Positions 1 to 11,039 of a DNA stretch of 64,000 nt are shown here, in pieces. Under the pieces are notes generated by a model, which was given only the letters and a program-made list of their open reading frames with translations, had not been told where the DNA came from and searched no databases. The stretch is taken from positions 414,408,001 through 414,472,000 of the forward strand of contig OZ024740.1 in NCBI GenBank assembly GCA_964016885.1, read 5' to 3'. Position 1 is the first letter of the stretch; every line of letters starts with the position of its first letter. A program made the position numbers and the translations under genes. Origin of the DNA: Eledone cirrhosa. Taxonomy: Eukaryota.

Positions 1-394
1 CAATGATGAGTGAGTATGTGAAGTAAAGGTATGTGGCTAACAAAATTGAGTAGTACTTGTAACTCAAAGCACCACACTTATCACACACTATATCATGCTG
101 AAACCCCTGAGAATTAGGTTATAAGTGCACAGTCTATGGAATGCTCAACTACTTGTATGTTAATTCCTAATACAGGCTGCTCTATAGTTCAAACACTTGG
201 AGCATTCATTGTAACAGATGGAGGTCAAACAACTGCAGTGTTCATATATGTAATTATATATATATAGTCACATATATGAATGAGCGAGACACGGACTCCC
301 TACCATTCCCACATCAAATAGAACAAAACCGTCTAACCCATGCTAGTGTGGAAGATGGACGTTAAACAATCATGATGATGATGATGATGATATA

Positions 395-730
395 TATCAT
401 CATCATCATCATCATCAACGTTTAACGTCCGTGTTCCACGCTTGCATGGGTTTGGACGGGGGTATTCCCACTTGAGGCAAGAGTGATTGTCTTGCTCGCA
501 TAGGACTGTCTGGCAGGTTTTCTACAGTTGGATGCCCTTCCTAACACCAACCACATTTACAGTGTGGGACTGGGAGGTTTTTACCGTGTTGCCTACACGG
601 CCACATTACAGCGTGGACTGTGTGTTTTTTTGTCGTGACACCTACACGATCTCATTTGTTTCGGCCTGGATGGTGTGGCACCAACATAACTTTACATAGG
701 AGGGGGTGGTGTGGATGGGGGTGTGGGTGA
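395..730 (-). mobile_element. RTE subfamily 2 3'-UTR fragment, tail-to-tail with a short + strand RTE tail at ~325-392
   Basis: Near-identical reverse complement of 30795-31122. Spurious ORFs 487..699 and 30827..31039 are almost the same peptide. Confidence 0.9.
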
Positions 731-1093
731 TATATATGTAAAAGGTAAAAAGAATTGACAACACAATCAGTACATTATATGGAAGGAATATATTAAGTTA
801 ACGCTTGAAATAACAGGAAGAGGGTTTTAACGTTTCAGACGCTATATATATATATACATATGTTTCTTACTCCACTGGGCAGTGTTTCACTTGTATCAGA
901 CACTGTGACCCCAGGTGAACCAGCAGTACCGTTGGTAGGGTTGAAACTGCCAAAGTCCACCTCAACAGCCAATGATCCTGGAGTTCTGTGTCGTTTGTTT
1001 GTATTTTTTTTAAAATAATTTTTTAAGGTTTCCCCTTAAAAAAATTGTTTTTTGATCACTGTCTTATCCTCTCTTTGTTATTTTTCTTAAGTT

Positions 1094-1125
<32 letters not shown>

Positions 1126-1191
1126 GATACATATCAAATAATGGTAGTTAAGATGCGATTAAATCACCATAATTCATTATTTCATTATACA

Positions 1192-1380
1192 GGGAGGTGA
1201 ATTGGCAGTATCGGTGGAGGGTTGGACGCCATGCTTTCTAGCAGTGTTACGTCCCTTTACGGTCTGAGTTCAAATCCCGTCTAGGTTAACTTTGCCTTTC
1301 ATCCTTACGGGGTCGATAAAATAAAGTACCAGTAATGTACTGGGTAATTGCTGGCCTTGTGCCTAAAGTAGAAACAATTA
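1192..1380 (+). mobile_element. tRNA-derived SINE family A with 16-bp TSD
   Basis: A-box-like tggcagtatcgg and B-box gagttcaaatcc, with core ctttgcctttcatccttacggggtcgataaaataaagtaccag. TSD attatttcattataca at 1176-1191 and 1377-1392. Confidence 0.9.
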
Positions 1381-1470
1381 TTTCATTATACATACACTTC
1401 ACTACTGGACGGACGTGCATGGCCACCGGCATATCATAATGATTGCATAACTGCACCAATGATTGCGTAA

Positions 1471-1521
1471 GCATCTGATAAAGTCACATGAATAACCATG
1501 TAACAGAAATATATATAATGC
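1471..1521 (+). ncRNA. Decayed hammerhead motif (G8 to A)
   Basis: GCAU-CUGAUAA-A-GUCACAUG(AAUAAC)CAUGUAAC-A-GAAA-UAUAUA-UA/AUGC. Confidence 0.5.
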
Positions 1522-2955
1522 AATAAACAATTATGGTGATTTAATCCCGTCTTTACCATTATTTGATAAATGAATACTCCATCACTCATTATCACCTATC
1601 TGGGATAAACTACTGACGTGTAGCGCTTTAGAATGCTAGGACCTGCTTATCATCAGGAAGTTACTACAAAACAACTAACACAAACAACACTCTAGCGTTT
1701 AACCAGTTAATTTTTTTAGCTTTTTTAGTTAATTCTATTGACTGATTAATCGCTTAAGTTTATTTTAAAAACCACTCGGTCGAGAGCTTAATTCGTTTTG
1801 TGCTGTTTTTGCAAATTTTTGCAATAACTACACATGCTGAATTCACTGGCCAAAATAGGGGTTTTCTCCCTTTAGAACCTCACATGTGCTTTCATACCCT
1901 GTGAGATTCTGGCACACGAAGAACAAAATGCCTGTTGAGAAAGTGATTCCTTGTTCGATCATTATACCAAAAGCTTATTATTTTTTTATAAGCAGACAGT
2001 ATTATTGATTTAGGTGTCGCAGAAACCCTATATCGGAGTATTCCATCTTCCCCGAGGGTCCGGGTAACTATTTCAATCATATCTTATTTTGTTTGACCCG
2101 TTTAGCTTGTTCGCTTTTTTGGCTCAGGTGGTTAATGGCTTCTTAACCATCGTCTCAGTTTGTATGACCTTTTTAACTTATGTTTATAGCTCTGGTATCT
2201 TCATATCCATGGAGCGCTTGTCTACACAATACGGAAGTTGCGTTTCGCTAATTTCTACCCGCCGAAATGCGATTCTCGCTAAATTTATATTTATATATAT
2301 ATATAATTTTAACAATATTAAAAAATGGAAAATATCTTTATAATACAATATTTATTTTAAGGACACAACATTTTAGTGTGCTTTCATCAGATAAAATATA
2401 ATATTTGGGGTTAAGATATTGATATACCTGAACGTAGACATAATAGTATAAGCTCGCTATATGAAAATTTGATGTAGGTATAACTATGGGTTTTTTTTAT
2501 TAGAAGCCATTATTGTATAAACATTTTCAACTATTACTCGGTACACAGAAAAACATAAGAGATTCCCTTTATGCATTTCAGTGACTTTTGTCCTCTCCTC
2601 AGAAGATAACTACCTCAATAGTTCAGTTCTCTTTACAGAGGAATGTTACTATAGCAACTATATGTCAAGTAGGATGTAGGATATACCTAGATTGTTCAGT
2701 CTAATTTGCAGTTTATTTATTTTCAACTTTGCTGCGTTGAAAAACACATGAACCACATGTAGTTATATAGAGTTTAAAGTATGTATATGACATGCAAGTC
2801 ATATGCATGCCTTTAACTTTATGTAGCTGCATATACAGACATTTGCCCAGAACAGATACTGATACACAATAGGATATCTTCTAAAATTTTTGAGATATGT
2901 AATCATGTTTGTAGAAAAAAAAAGAAAGAACATATAAAAGTTTTAACTGACTAAC

Positions 2956-3283
2956 CAAGGCAAAAATGCATGTAAAATTCTAAATGTTCGCGGTTTCAAG
3001 AGCTTTTCCTTTCGTAAATAATCCAAAAGAGATTGGGCTGGCTGTTCTGATAAGCCATGTAAGGGTACAGTAGGTTCCTTTGGATTCAGGAAGTGTGTAG
3101 CAATATATTGAAGACACAACTGTGCCAAAGATGGCACTGACGGAGTGTAGTGATGATGATAATGATGATGATGATGATGATGTTGTTGGTGTTGTTGCTG
3201 TTGATGATGCTGGTGGTGCCGCTGTTGTGAAGAGGGGCTCCGACTTCTGGAATGATGTTCATGACGGGTGTTTGCAGCAGCCA
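2956..3283 (-). CDS. Exon E: VIM end, His/Gln tract and ZYG11/ZER1-like BC-box/cullin box
   Basis: Acceptor tctctttcag and donor gttagt. The 328 nt (phase 1 to 2) read VAAANTRHEHH...HHHYTPSVPSLAQLCLQYIATHFLNPKEPTVPLHGLSEQPAQSLLDYLRKEKLLKPRTFRILHAFLP, part of ORF 2943..3506. Confidence 0.85.
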
Positions 3284-3415
3284 CTGAAAGAGATAATGAC
3301 ATCCATAAGTCAGGGAGAAAAAAATTAGTTGAATCCTTAGAGATAACTAACAATCTACAAGACAACAACATACTAAAATCCCTCATGATTTTACAAATTA
3401 CGTAACATATATAGG

Positions 3416-3752
3416 CAGAAGACCCGACTTCCCACGGGTACAAGCTGAAGCATATAGACAATATGCCCCTACCCCCTCCCAAGTGGCCGTGGAGGTGCCA
3501 CGGCAAAAAAGCACCCAGCCCTCACTGTAAAGTGGACGTGTAGGTGCCACGGGAAAAAAAAGCACCCAGCACTCACTGTAAAATGAGGTTGGTGTTAGGA
3601 AGGGCATCCAGCTGTAGAAATCAAGCCAGAATCAGTTCCCGTATGAGCAAGACATGGTCAGCCGACCGGACACTGCTCACAACAGGACAACCCGTCTAAC
3701 CCATGCTAGCGTGGAAGAACGGACGTGAAGCGGTGATGATGATGATGATGAT
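3416..3752 (+). mobile_element. RTE subfamily 1 3'-UTR fragment
   Basis: Matches 14230-14567 and ends in a (GAT)n tail. atatagg on both sides is a possible TSD. Confidence 0.88.
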
Positions 3753-4643
3753 ATAGGATTTAATCAAAATTGACAAAACTTAAGATGTAAAATAGTAGCA
3801 AATATTTTGGTACACTTACAGTAATTCTCTTACCATTCTACCAAAGGGGAACAAGAAACAAAACACTTAGCACCACCAAAGTAGTTAAAATTTCAGGAAC
3901 AGTGATGCTCATAAAAGAAGAGGGGGAGGAGGGGAGAAGAGGGAGGAGAAGACAGCGCCAATGACAACAAAGAAAAACAAAATGATGGAGGAGATTACAA
4001 TGAATGTTATACAGTGAACAGAAGTCATAAGCATTAAGAATTAAAATCAAAAACAATCAAGCAGCTATGAATGACTGAGACAGTGTCCTAGGAACATTAA
4101 TACCTGATAATGCCTGTGAATTTCATGATAATGATGTGTATACATGGCTTGATAAATAAAAAAGAGCGATCAGCTTTTGTCAAATCGGACCGAGGAAACA
4201 ATTGGTCTTTCCAATTGCTAATACTATCTATCGGTCACAACTCCAGGTAGAAGGAGCAACGTGAAATAAAGTGTCTTGCTCAAGGACATAACGCATTGCT
4301 CGGTTCGGGAATCAAACTCACAACCTCATGATTGAGAATCCAATTCTCAATCCACTAGCCACACGCTTGGATATAAACCTATGAAGCACCACCATATTAT
4401 CCAGAATCAATTGAAATTACCAACAATTATTATAATTGTTAAAATGGGTTTAAAAGCATAAACGATGATGATGATGATGATGATGAATCACTAAGTTTTA
4501 TAAATGTATATATATGTTGCAGGGCAATCCTTCACTAAAGAAGATTTCTTAGTCTCTTGTCTTTGATGAGTAGACAGATGTGATCATTGATAATAATATG
4601 TTATGAAACTACAGCCCCAGTTTAGTACCAATACAAAAGAAAT

Positions 4644-4975
4644 AATTGTTTCTACTTTTGGCACAAGGCCAGCAATTACCCAGTACATTACTGGTACTTT
4701 ATTTTATCGACCCCGTAAGGATGAAAGGCAAAGTTAACCTCTACAAAAGAAATAATGGTTTCAGATTTAGGCACAAGGACAACAATTTGAAAGGGGAGGG
4801 GAAAGTCGATTAAATTGACCTCAGTGTATTACTAGTAGTTTATTTTATCGATCCTGTAAGGATGAAGAGCAAAGTTAACCTCGGCGGGATTTGAACTCAG
4901 ATCGTAAAGGGCCATAACTCTATGCTGCAAAGTATGGTGTCTGACGCTCTACCGATACTGCTAATCCACTGCCCT
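4644..4975 (-). mobile_element. SINE A: partial copy plus full-length related copy
   Basis: Reverse complements of the SINE A core, with aaaagaaataat repeated at the three junctions. Confidence 0.85.
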
Positions 4976-6239
4976 GTAAAAGAAATAATGAACCACAACA
5001 AACTAAATTTATATCTCAAACAGGAAATAATAGAGCTGTGATTCTTAAAGTTGAGCAATTAATCTACAGAAGCTCATCCATACCAAATAAACAATGGTAG
5101 AAATACTGACAGTGAGCACAGAAATAGTCCTTTGAGATTTCAATGACATTCCAGACTCTATTAATAGAAATTGTGATGTAACAAATAATATAACAACTGA
5201 GTTAGAAATTAAACCAATTTATTTACAGTGTCATTCTTGAAAGGAAGGCACTCTGTTGGTTACAATGACGAGTGTTTCAGATGATCCAACAGAACAGCCT
5301 GCCCATTAAATTAACATGCAAGTGGTTGAGTATTTGACAAATACATGTACCCTTAATGTAGTTCTCAGGGAGATTCAGCATGACACAGAACGTGACATGG
5401 CTGGCCATTCAAATTACAGGTACAACTCATTTTTGCCAGCTGAATGGACTGGAGTAACGTGAAATAAAGTGTATTGCTCAAGGACACAACCCACTGCCAG
5501 GAATCAAACTCATGACTTTATGATTTTAAGCCAAATACTCTAACCCCAAAGCCATGCGCCTTCATAATGCCATCCTTGTGCTAATATTATAGCACACATT
5601 TTGTATGCTTACACATATTAAAGGTGGCATTTAATACAACATTTTGGCTGTTCAGTTAAACAACGCTTCTCAATGTAACAGATTATATGTGACTAATTGT
5701 ATTTGGAGGAACACTGCATTGAAGTGATGCAAACTGAAGTGATGCCATAGGAACTTACACACTGGATTAGATCAAAGAATGTTTCATACTAGGTGATAAC
5801 ATCAATGTCGTTAATGTTTTTCTTGAACATTTTCACATTGAGAGTTGCTGGAAAAACATGTGCAGAGAAGGAATTCCAAAGGGCTGACATTCTGCGAAGA
5901 AATGACTCAGAATGGTGGTTAGTGTGGGTCTTGAGGGGTGGGATGAGGGACCTGAATGGAGGTGGCATGAGACCAGTCAGCTCTAAAAATCAGATGCCAC
6001 TGTAATAGAAAAGGCAGAGAGAAAAGAGAGCATATCTGTGGGTCTAATGTTTGGAATAAGTCATTGAACAGCTTCATACCATTCAGCTGGATGGCCTTTA
6101 TTTGCAGACAATCTAGGATGTTTGTGTAGCAGCAGATGTGAGAGAAGTACTCATTTGTGGGGTTCACTTAAGCTTTGTAAAGAGTTGGTAGTTTATGGAA
6201 GACAGCGAAGTAGCTGTGTCATTAGAACATCAGATAGAA

Positions 6240-6492
6240 TCATCATCATCATCATTTCATTTTACGTTCGCTTTTTCCCTGCTTGCAAGGGTGGGACGGG
6301 AACTGATTCTGGCAAGATTTCTACAGTTGGATGCCCTTCCTAACACCAACCTCATTTCTACAGCTGAGTAAACTGGAGCAATGTGAAATAAAGTGCCTTG
6401 CTCACGGAAACAACACATCACCCGGTCTGAGAATTGAACTCACAACCTTTCGATTGCAAGGCCAATGCTCTAACCACTAAGCCATGTGCCTC
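6240..6492 (-). mobile_element. tRNA-derived SINE family B head joined to RTE 3' tail
   Basis: Minus strand reads ggcttagtggttagagc (A box), gagttcaattc (B box), then cagctgtagaaatgaggttggtgttaggaagggcatcc and a (gat)n tail. Confidence 0.85.
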
Positions 6493-6643
6493 CAGAATAC
6501 ATTGTGATATTGTTCCAGATCTCTGTGCTCTGAGTTCAAACCTGGCTGAGGTCAACTTTGTCTTTCATCCTTTAAAGGTCAGCAGAGCAGGCACAGTGGT
6601 TGGATGGTACAACTGCTTATTATATAATTGTCAATTTTAAATG

Positions 6644-6840
6644 TGAAGGTGCAAGGCTTAGTGGTTAGAGCATTGGGTTTGCAATCGAAAGGTTGTGAGT
6701 TCAATTCTCAGACCAGGTGATGTGTTGTTTCCTTGAGCAAGACATTTTATTTCATGTTGCTCCAGTTTACTCAGCTGTAGAAATGAGATGATAGGACTGG
6801 GGTCCATATCAGATCACCCAAGACACCTCCAACGACTTAT
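6644..6840 (+). mobile_element. SINE B
   Basis: A/B boxes and tccttgagcaagac core. Near-identical to 52878-53070. Confidence 0.9.
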
Positions 6841-7391
6841 ACACAATTTTAAATGTCATTTACTGTTCAGAGTTCAATCCCCAAATAAGAAAAAAATATC
6901 ATTGTAGTGCACCTGAGCACTGTACACAATAATTTACATTTTTCATTATATAAATAAAGTATCAGTTCAATACTGTAGTCAATTCTTATTCAATATCTCA
7001 TTCTCTATTTCTCTAGAAGATATCAGCTGAGAGGAATGGTCTCCCTTAGGTTTGAATGCCCAAGACATTGTAATAACAGTGCCCCCATGACTCCATCAGG
7101 AGTTAATAGTCTATGACATAGAATGGAGTAGTTGGTGGAGCCAAAAGTATTTTCTGGTCCTAAATCAGAAGGCTAGCTTTTGTAATAAAATCTTTGTGAC
7201 TAGACAACTCACAGGAATTGAGATACTAGCAGTAACTCCTGTACCATGCTTTGGCATTACCCTCTCCTACCAAAACACATATCTTCAAATCGATATCATA
7301 TGCAAACCAATGTTTAAAGCTAGATCAATCTGAATATTTCAATAAAATTTATTCATTTACTATAAAATGGTAACAAAAAGAGTATACTTAC

Positions 7392-7505
7392 CAGCAAGCT
7401 CCCTCATGTGACTGGTGTTTGGTTCTGGAAGCATCTCACTTCTAGGATCTCCTTCAGGAAGAAGTCTCATCCCTACACCACTAAACACACCTGTACGTGG
7501 TTCAG
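7392..7505 (-). CDS. Exon D: second SHP box and first half of VIM
   Basis: Acceptor tttctcttaccttttag and donor gtaagt. The 114 nt (phase 1-1) read AEPRTGVFSGVGMRLLPEGDPRSEMLPEPNTSHMRELA. Confidence 0.85.
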
Positions 7506-8656
7506 CTAAAAGGTAAGAGAAAGTGATATACCATTTTTTTTTTAAACTGTATCATTCTTTGCAAGCCTGAGTTATATAGTTATATTCCCCAGTTCTCAGA
7601 CAATTGTTATAGATTTTGGAGTTTCATTATAGACATGTTCAACCAATGGTTCTGTTGACATGATCATGAAAACAACTTTATGTAGTTGTTAGTCACACAT
7701 GTTGGAAAGTGATGTTTGGAGGCAAAAAAGTGAAAATAAAATTTTAAATACTAATAAAGAGAAAATATGAAAAATAGATGTACCTCACTTGTCCAACCCA
7801 TACATACAAACAATGAAAGCTGAACACGCTCTCCCACAATGCTGCTGAAATAGCTGAAAGCTATTACTCTTAGGTGGTCATGTTGGTGACTCAACAAAAG
7901 CCCTTCATCCACCACATAAGGTGGTCCTGACAAAAGAGCACACAGTCCATCCTGTACGGTGGTCACATTAGTGACATGATAAAAAAAGTACCTAGTCCAC
8001 CCTGTCAGTTAGTCATTTGGTGCTATGCTAAAAAGCACCCAGCCCATGCTGTAAATGTGGTTGGCATTACGAAGGTCATCCAACCATAGAAACCAAGCCA
8101 GAAACAGTTCTGTATGAGAAATACACAGTCACTTGATCTGACTTATCTCATAATATGATAATGCATCTAACCTATGTTAGTATGGAAAATCGACATTAAA
8201 TGCTGATGATGAAGATGATGATGAAACAACATTGTCATCATCATCATTTTTAAAGCTACTTTACCATGGATTAGAGAATACTTTTGAGGTAATTTTTCTA
8301 TAACCAGATGCCCTTCCAGACAACAAGTCATAAGTATGATATACGTTGCTGACTTTCATTGAACTGCTAAGCTACAGGAAGCATTGATCATGTGAGACAA
8401 GAATAAAATTCACCACTGGCTATTATGTGGTATCATAAGACATACACAGAAATAGAATTACACATGTAGACACACATACATATAAACATAAAACAAGCTT
8501 CCCCCTGTTTCCATCTATACTAAATTCCGTTTAAAGATACGTGTTGGCATAAGGCTATAGCAGAAGACATTAGCCCAAGGTTTCATGAAGTGGAATTAAA
8601 TCCAAAATCATATGGTTGCAAAGTGAACTTCTTAACCTAACAGCCATATACTTAGT

Positions 8657-8985
8657 GTGTCATCATCATCATCATTTTACATCCACTTTTTCCTGCTTGC
8701 AAGGGTGGGACGGGTCCTATTCAGTACAGCCTCTCTCTACTTGTCACGGTCCTTCGTCATATCCTCCGTGAGCTTCAGCGATCTGAGATCTGTTCTCACC
8801 ACTTCTGCCCATGTTTTTCATGGTCTTTCTCTACTGCGTCTTCCTTCTACTGGGATTTCTTGGCACTTCTTTACCCAGCGGTCATCCTCCATGTGCATCA
8901 CATGTCCATACCATCTCAGTCTTCTTTCCTGCACATCACAACTTATCCCTCTTATACCCAGTTTCTCTCTCAACTCATCTATATA
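8657..8985 (-). mobile_element. Degenerate RTE 3' coding end plus tail
   Basis: The minus strand encodes a decayed ..RLRWYGHVMHMEDD..R.RKTW segment, followed by cccacccttgcaagcaggaaaaagtggatgtaaaatgatgatg. Confidence 0.75.
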
Positions 8986-9440
8986 TTTGCCAGTTTCAGG
9001 CAGTTTGGCAATAAAATGGTTAAGATAGCACTCATCATTTAATCTTTGCTATTCTATAGTGAATTAATAGAAACAACAGATTGTTAGATATTACACAAAC
9101 CCAATATCTGAACATGTGCCTCTATGTTCTGTGTGGAGTCAACTTTACTTTCATCACTCACGTGTTGGTAGTCAATAAAATAAGTACCAACAATATTAGA
9201 TTTCCAGGGTACCACCACGCAGTGTTAGACACAGCTGCCAAATCTCCATCAAATCGCATCTTACGCTCTTAAAAAAGAAATACACATTAGATAACAGAGT
9301 CCACAGGCAAATTAGATAAGGAAGGAGTATAACAAACATGGATGATGATGATGATGGTGATGGTGGTAGTGTTGATGATGATGATAACAGTGCAAGCAGT
9401 GGCTGTAGTAATAATAAAGAAGAAGAAGAAGAAGATGATG

Positions 9441-9490
<50 letters not shown>

Positions 9491-10072
9491 ACAGAAAGAA
9501 AGAAAGAAAAACTGATTGTGTGAAGATTTTAAGGAAAATTATCCTTTGAGATTAATTTATTGTTTTGAGCGGCCTTTACAGAGACAAACAACCAAACCAG
9601 TTCTTCTAGCATAGAATTAATTAATAGTAATTTCGTTGAAACAAGAGAAACAAATGGTATTTTGGCCACTTGAGAAATTCCTCCTGTAGTTTCAATGAAT
9701 CTGCTGAGACAGGAAAAAGCAAGGAGCACTCTCAGAAATACAATAAGATTAATTAGATATGAGATGAAACCTAAAATGGTAGCAAATCAAAGTTGTTGCC
9801 AATGTTGCTGTTATTTTTGTAGACAATGTTAGCGTATAGCTCCTAGATCAACCTTAATGCAGCTGGCTGATGATGAAATGTGTTCTAACCATGACCATAT
9901 CATCTATTTAGCGATACCTTGGATAACATAACCTAATATTTTCCTTTAATATATTGATTTGATGTGGTTTAATAAGTTGATATAGTATGATTTAATGATT
10001 ATTTGACAGCTATTTCTAGTAAATTGTGTGACTATAGAGAGGTCTCTCATAACATATTTCTAGTACTTGATG

Positions 10073-10390
10073 GAGGCACATGGCTTAGTGGTTAGAGCAT
10101 TGGCCTTGCAATCGAAAGGTTGTGAGTTTAATTCTCAGACTGGGTGATGTGTTGTTTCCTTGAGCAAGACACTTTATTTCACATTGCTCCAGTTTACTCA
10201 GCTGTAGAAATGAGATGAAAGGGACTGGGGTCCCTATCATTCCACTGCAAAGTGGTCGTGGAGGTGCCACGGCAAAAAAGCACCCAGCACTCACTGTAAA
10301 TGAGGTTGGCATCCAGCTGTAGAAATCAAGCCAGAATCAGTTCCCGTCCCACCCTTGCAAGCAAGGAAAAGTGGACGTAAATGACGATGA
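10073..10390 (+). mobile_element. SINE B joined to RTE 3' UTR/tail
   Basis: SINE B runs to ~10241, then ccactgcaaagtggtcgtggaggtgcc as in the LINE at 27899, ending gacgtaaatgacgatg. Confidence 0.85.
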
Positions 10391-10461
10391 CAATGTTCTG
10401 TTGTCTCCTATTACAACCACCACCAATATGAGAGGGATGAAAGTAAAAGAAACTCAACCAT

Positions 10462-10618
10462 AATCATCATCATCATCTTCGTTTAACGTCCATTTTCCAC
10501 GCTAGCATGGGTTAGACGGGAGTTGTCCCACTTGAGGCAAGGCTGGTCGGGTGACGGTGACGCGCTCATATAGGACTATCTGGCAGGTTTTCTACGGCTG
10601 GATGCCCTTCCTAACACC
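10462..10618 (-). mobile_element. RTE 3' tail fragment
   Basis: Reverse complement of the ggtgttaggaagggcatccagc...gacgttaaacgaagatgatg tail. Confidence 0.8.
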
Positions 10619-10647
10619 TATATATATATATATATATATATCACTAG

Positions 10648-10740
10648 ACATATCTGAGGAATTTGCGAATACAGAATCAGGTTCGATCCACAAACAGATC
10701 GCACCTCAAGCTGTTCGCCGGAGAAACAATTGTCATACGT
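10648..10740 (+). ncRNA. Hammerhead motif with extended stem II
   Basis: ACAUAU-CUGAGGA-[62-nt hairpin]-GAAAC-AAUU-GUC/AUACGU, with palindromic CAAUUG loop and a GUC site. Confidence 0.6.
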
Positions 10741-10910
10741 AATAAATTGTGTTCCGCTGCATCACTGATTCTTCGTTTTCCATATTATATATATATAAAT
10801 AAAAGGAGTTTCAACTTCATCTGATTTACTCGTTTCATTTACAATCCTTTAAAATTATAATGATATTATAATGAAATAGTATGGTAGAATATTAATTGTT
10901 AAATGCTAAT

Positions 10911-10948
10911 TAAACAAGTACTTTCATGCTTTCGCAATCTTCAGGTTC
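10911..10948 (-). ncRNA. Minimal hammerhead ribozyme motif (left arm of fold-back)
   Basis: Mirror copy of 11001-11039 with an identical core. Confidence 0.62.
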
Positions 10949-11000
10949 CTATTCAGTGGTGACAGTTGAAAATTGCAAACTTGACTGTCACCACTGAATA

Positions 11001-11039
11001 TGAACCTGAAGATTGCGAAAGCATGAAAGTACTTGTTTA
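11001..11039 (+). ncRNA. Minimal hammerhead ribozyme motif (right arm of fold-back)
   Basis: UGAAC-CUGAAGA-U-UGC(GAAA)GCA-U-GAAA-GUAC-UU/GUUUA. Stem I is 5 bp, stem II is GNRA-capped and stem III is the palindrome AGUACU. Confidence 0.65.

Noticed and set aside
1608-1662. Minus-strand CTGATGA...AAAGCG...GTC hammerhead-like string
   Set aside because: G12 is missing and stems I and II pair poorly, so it is too degenerate to call.
9597-9703. Possible minus-strand exon (acceptor tttttcctgtctcag)
   Set aside because: The required phase-1 frame hits a stop and the donor is weak. Exons C and D join in frame without it.
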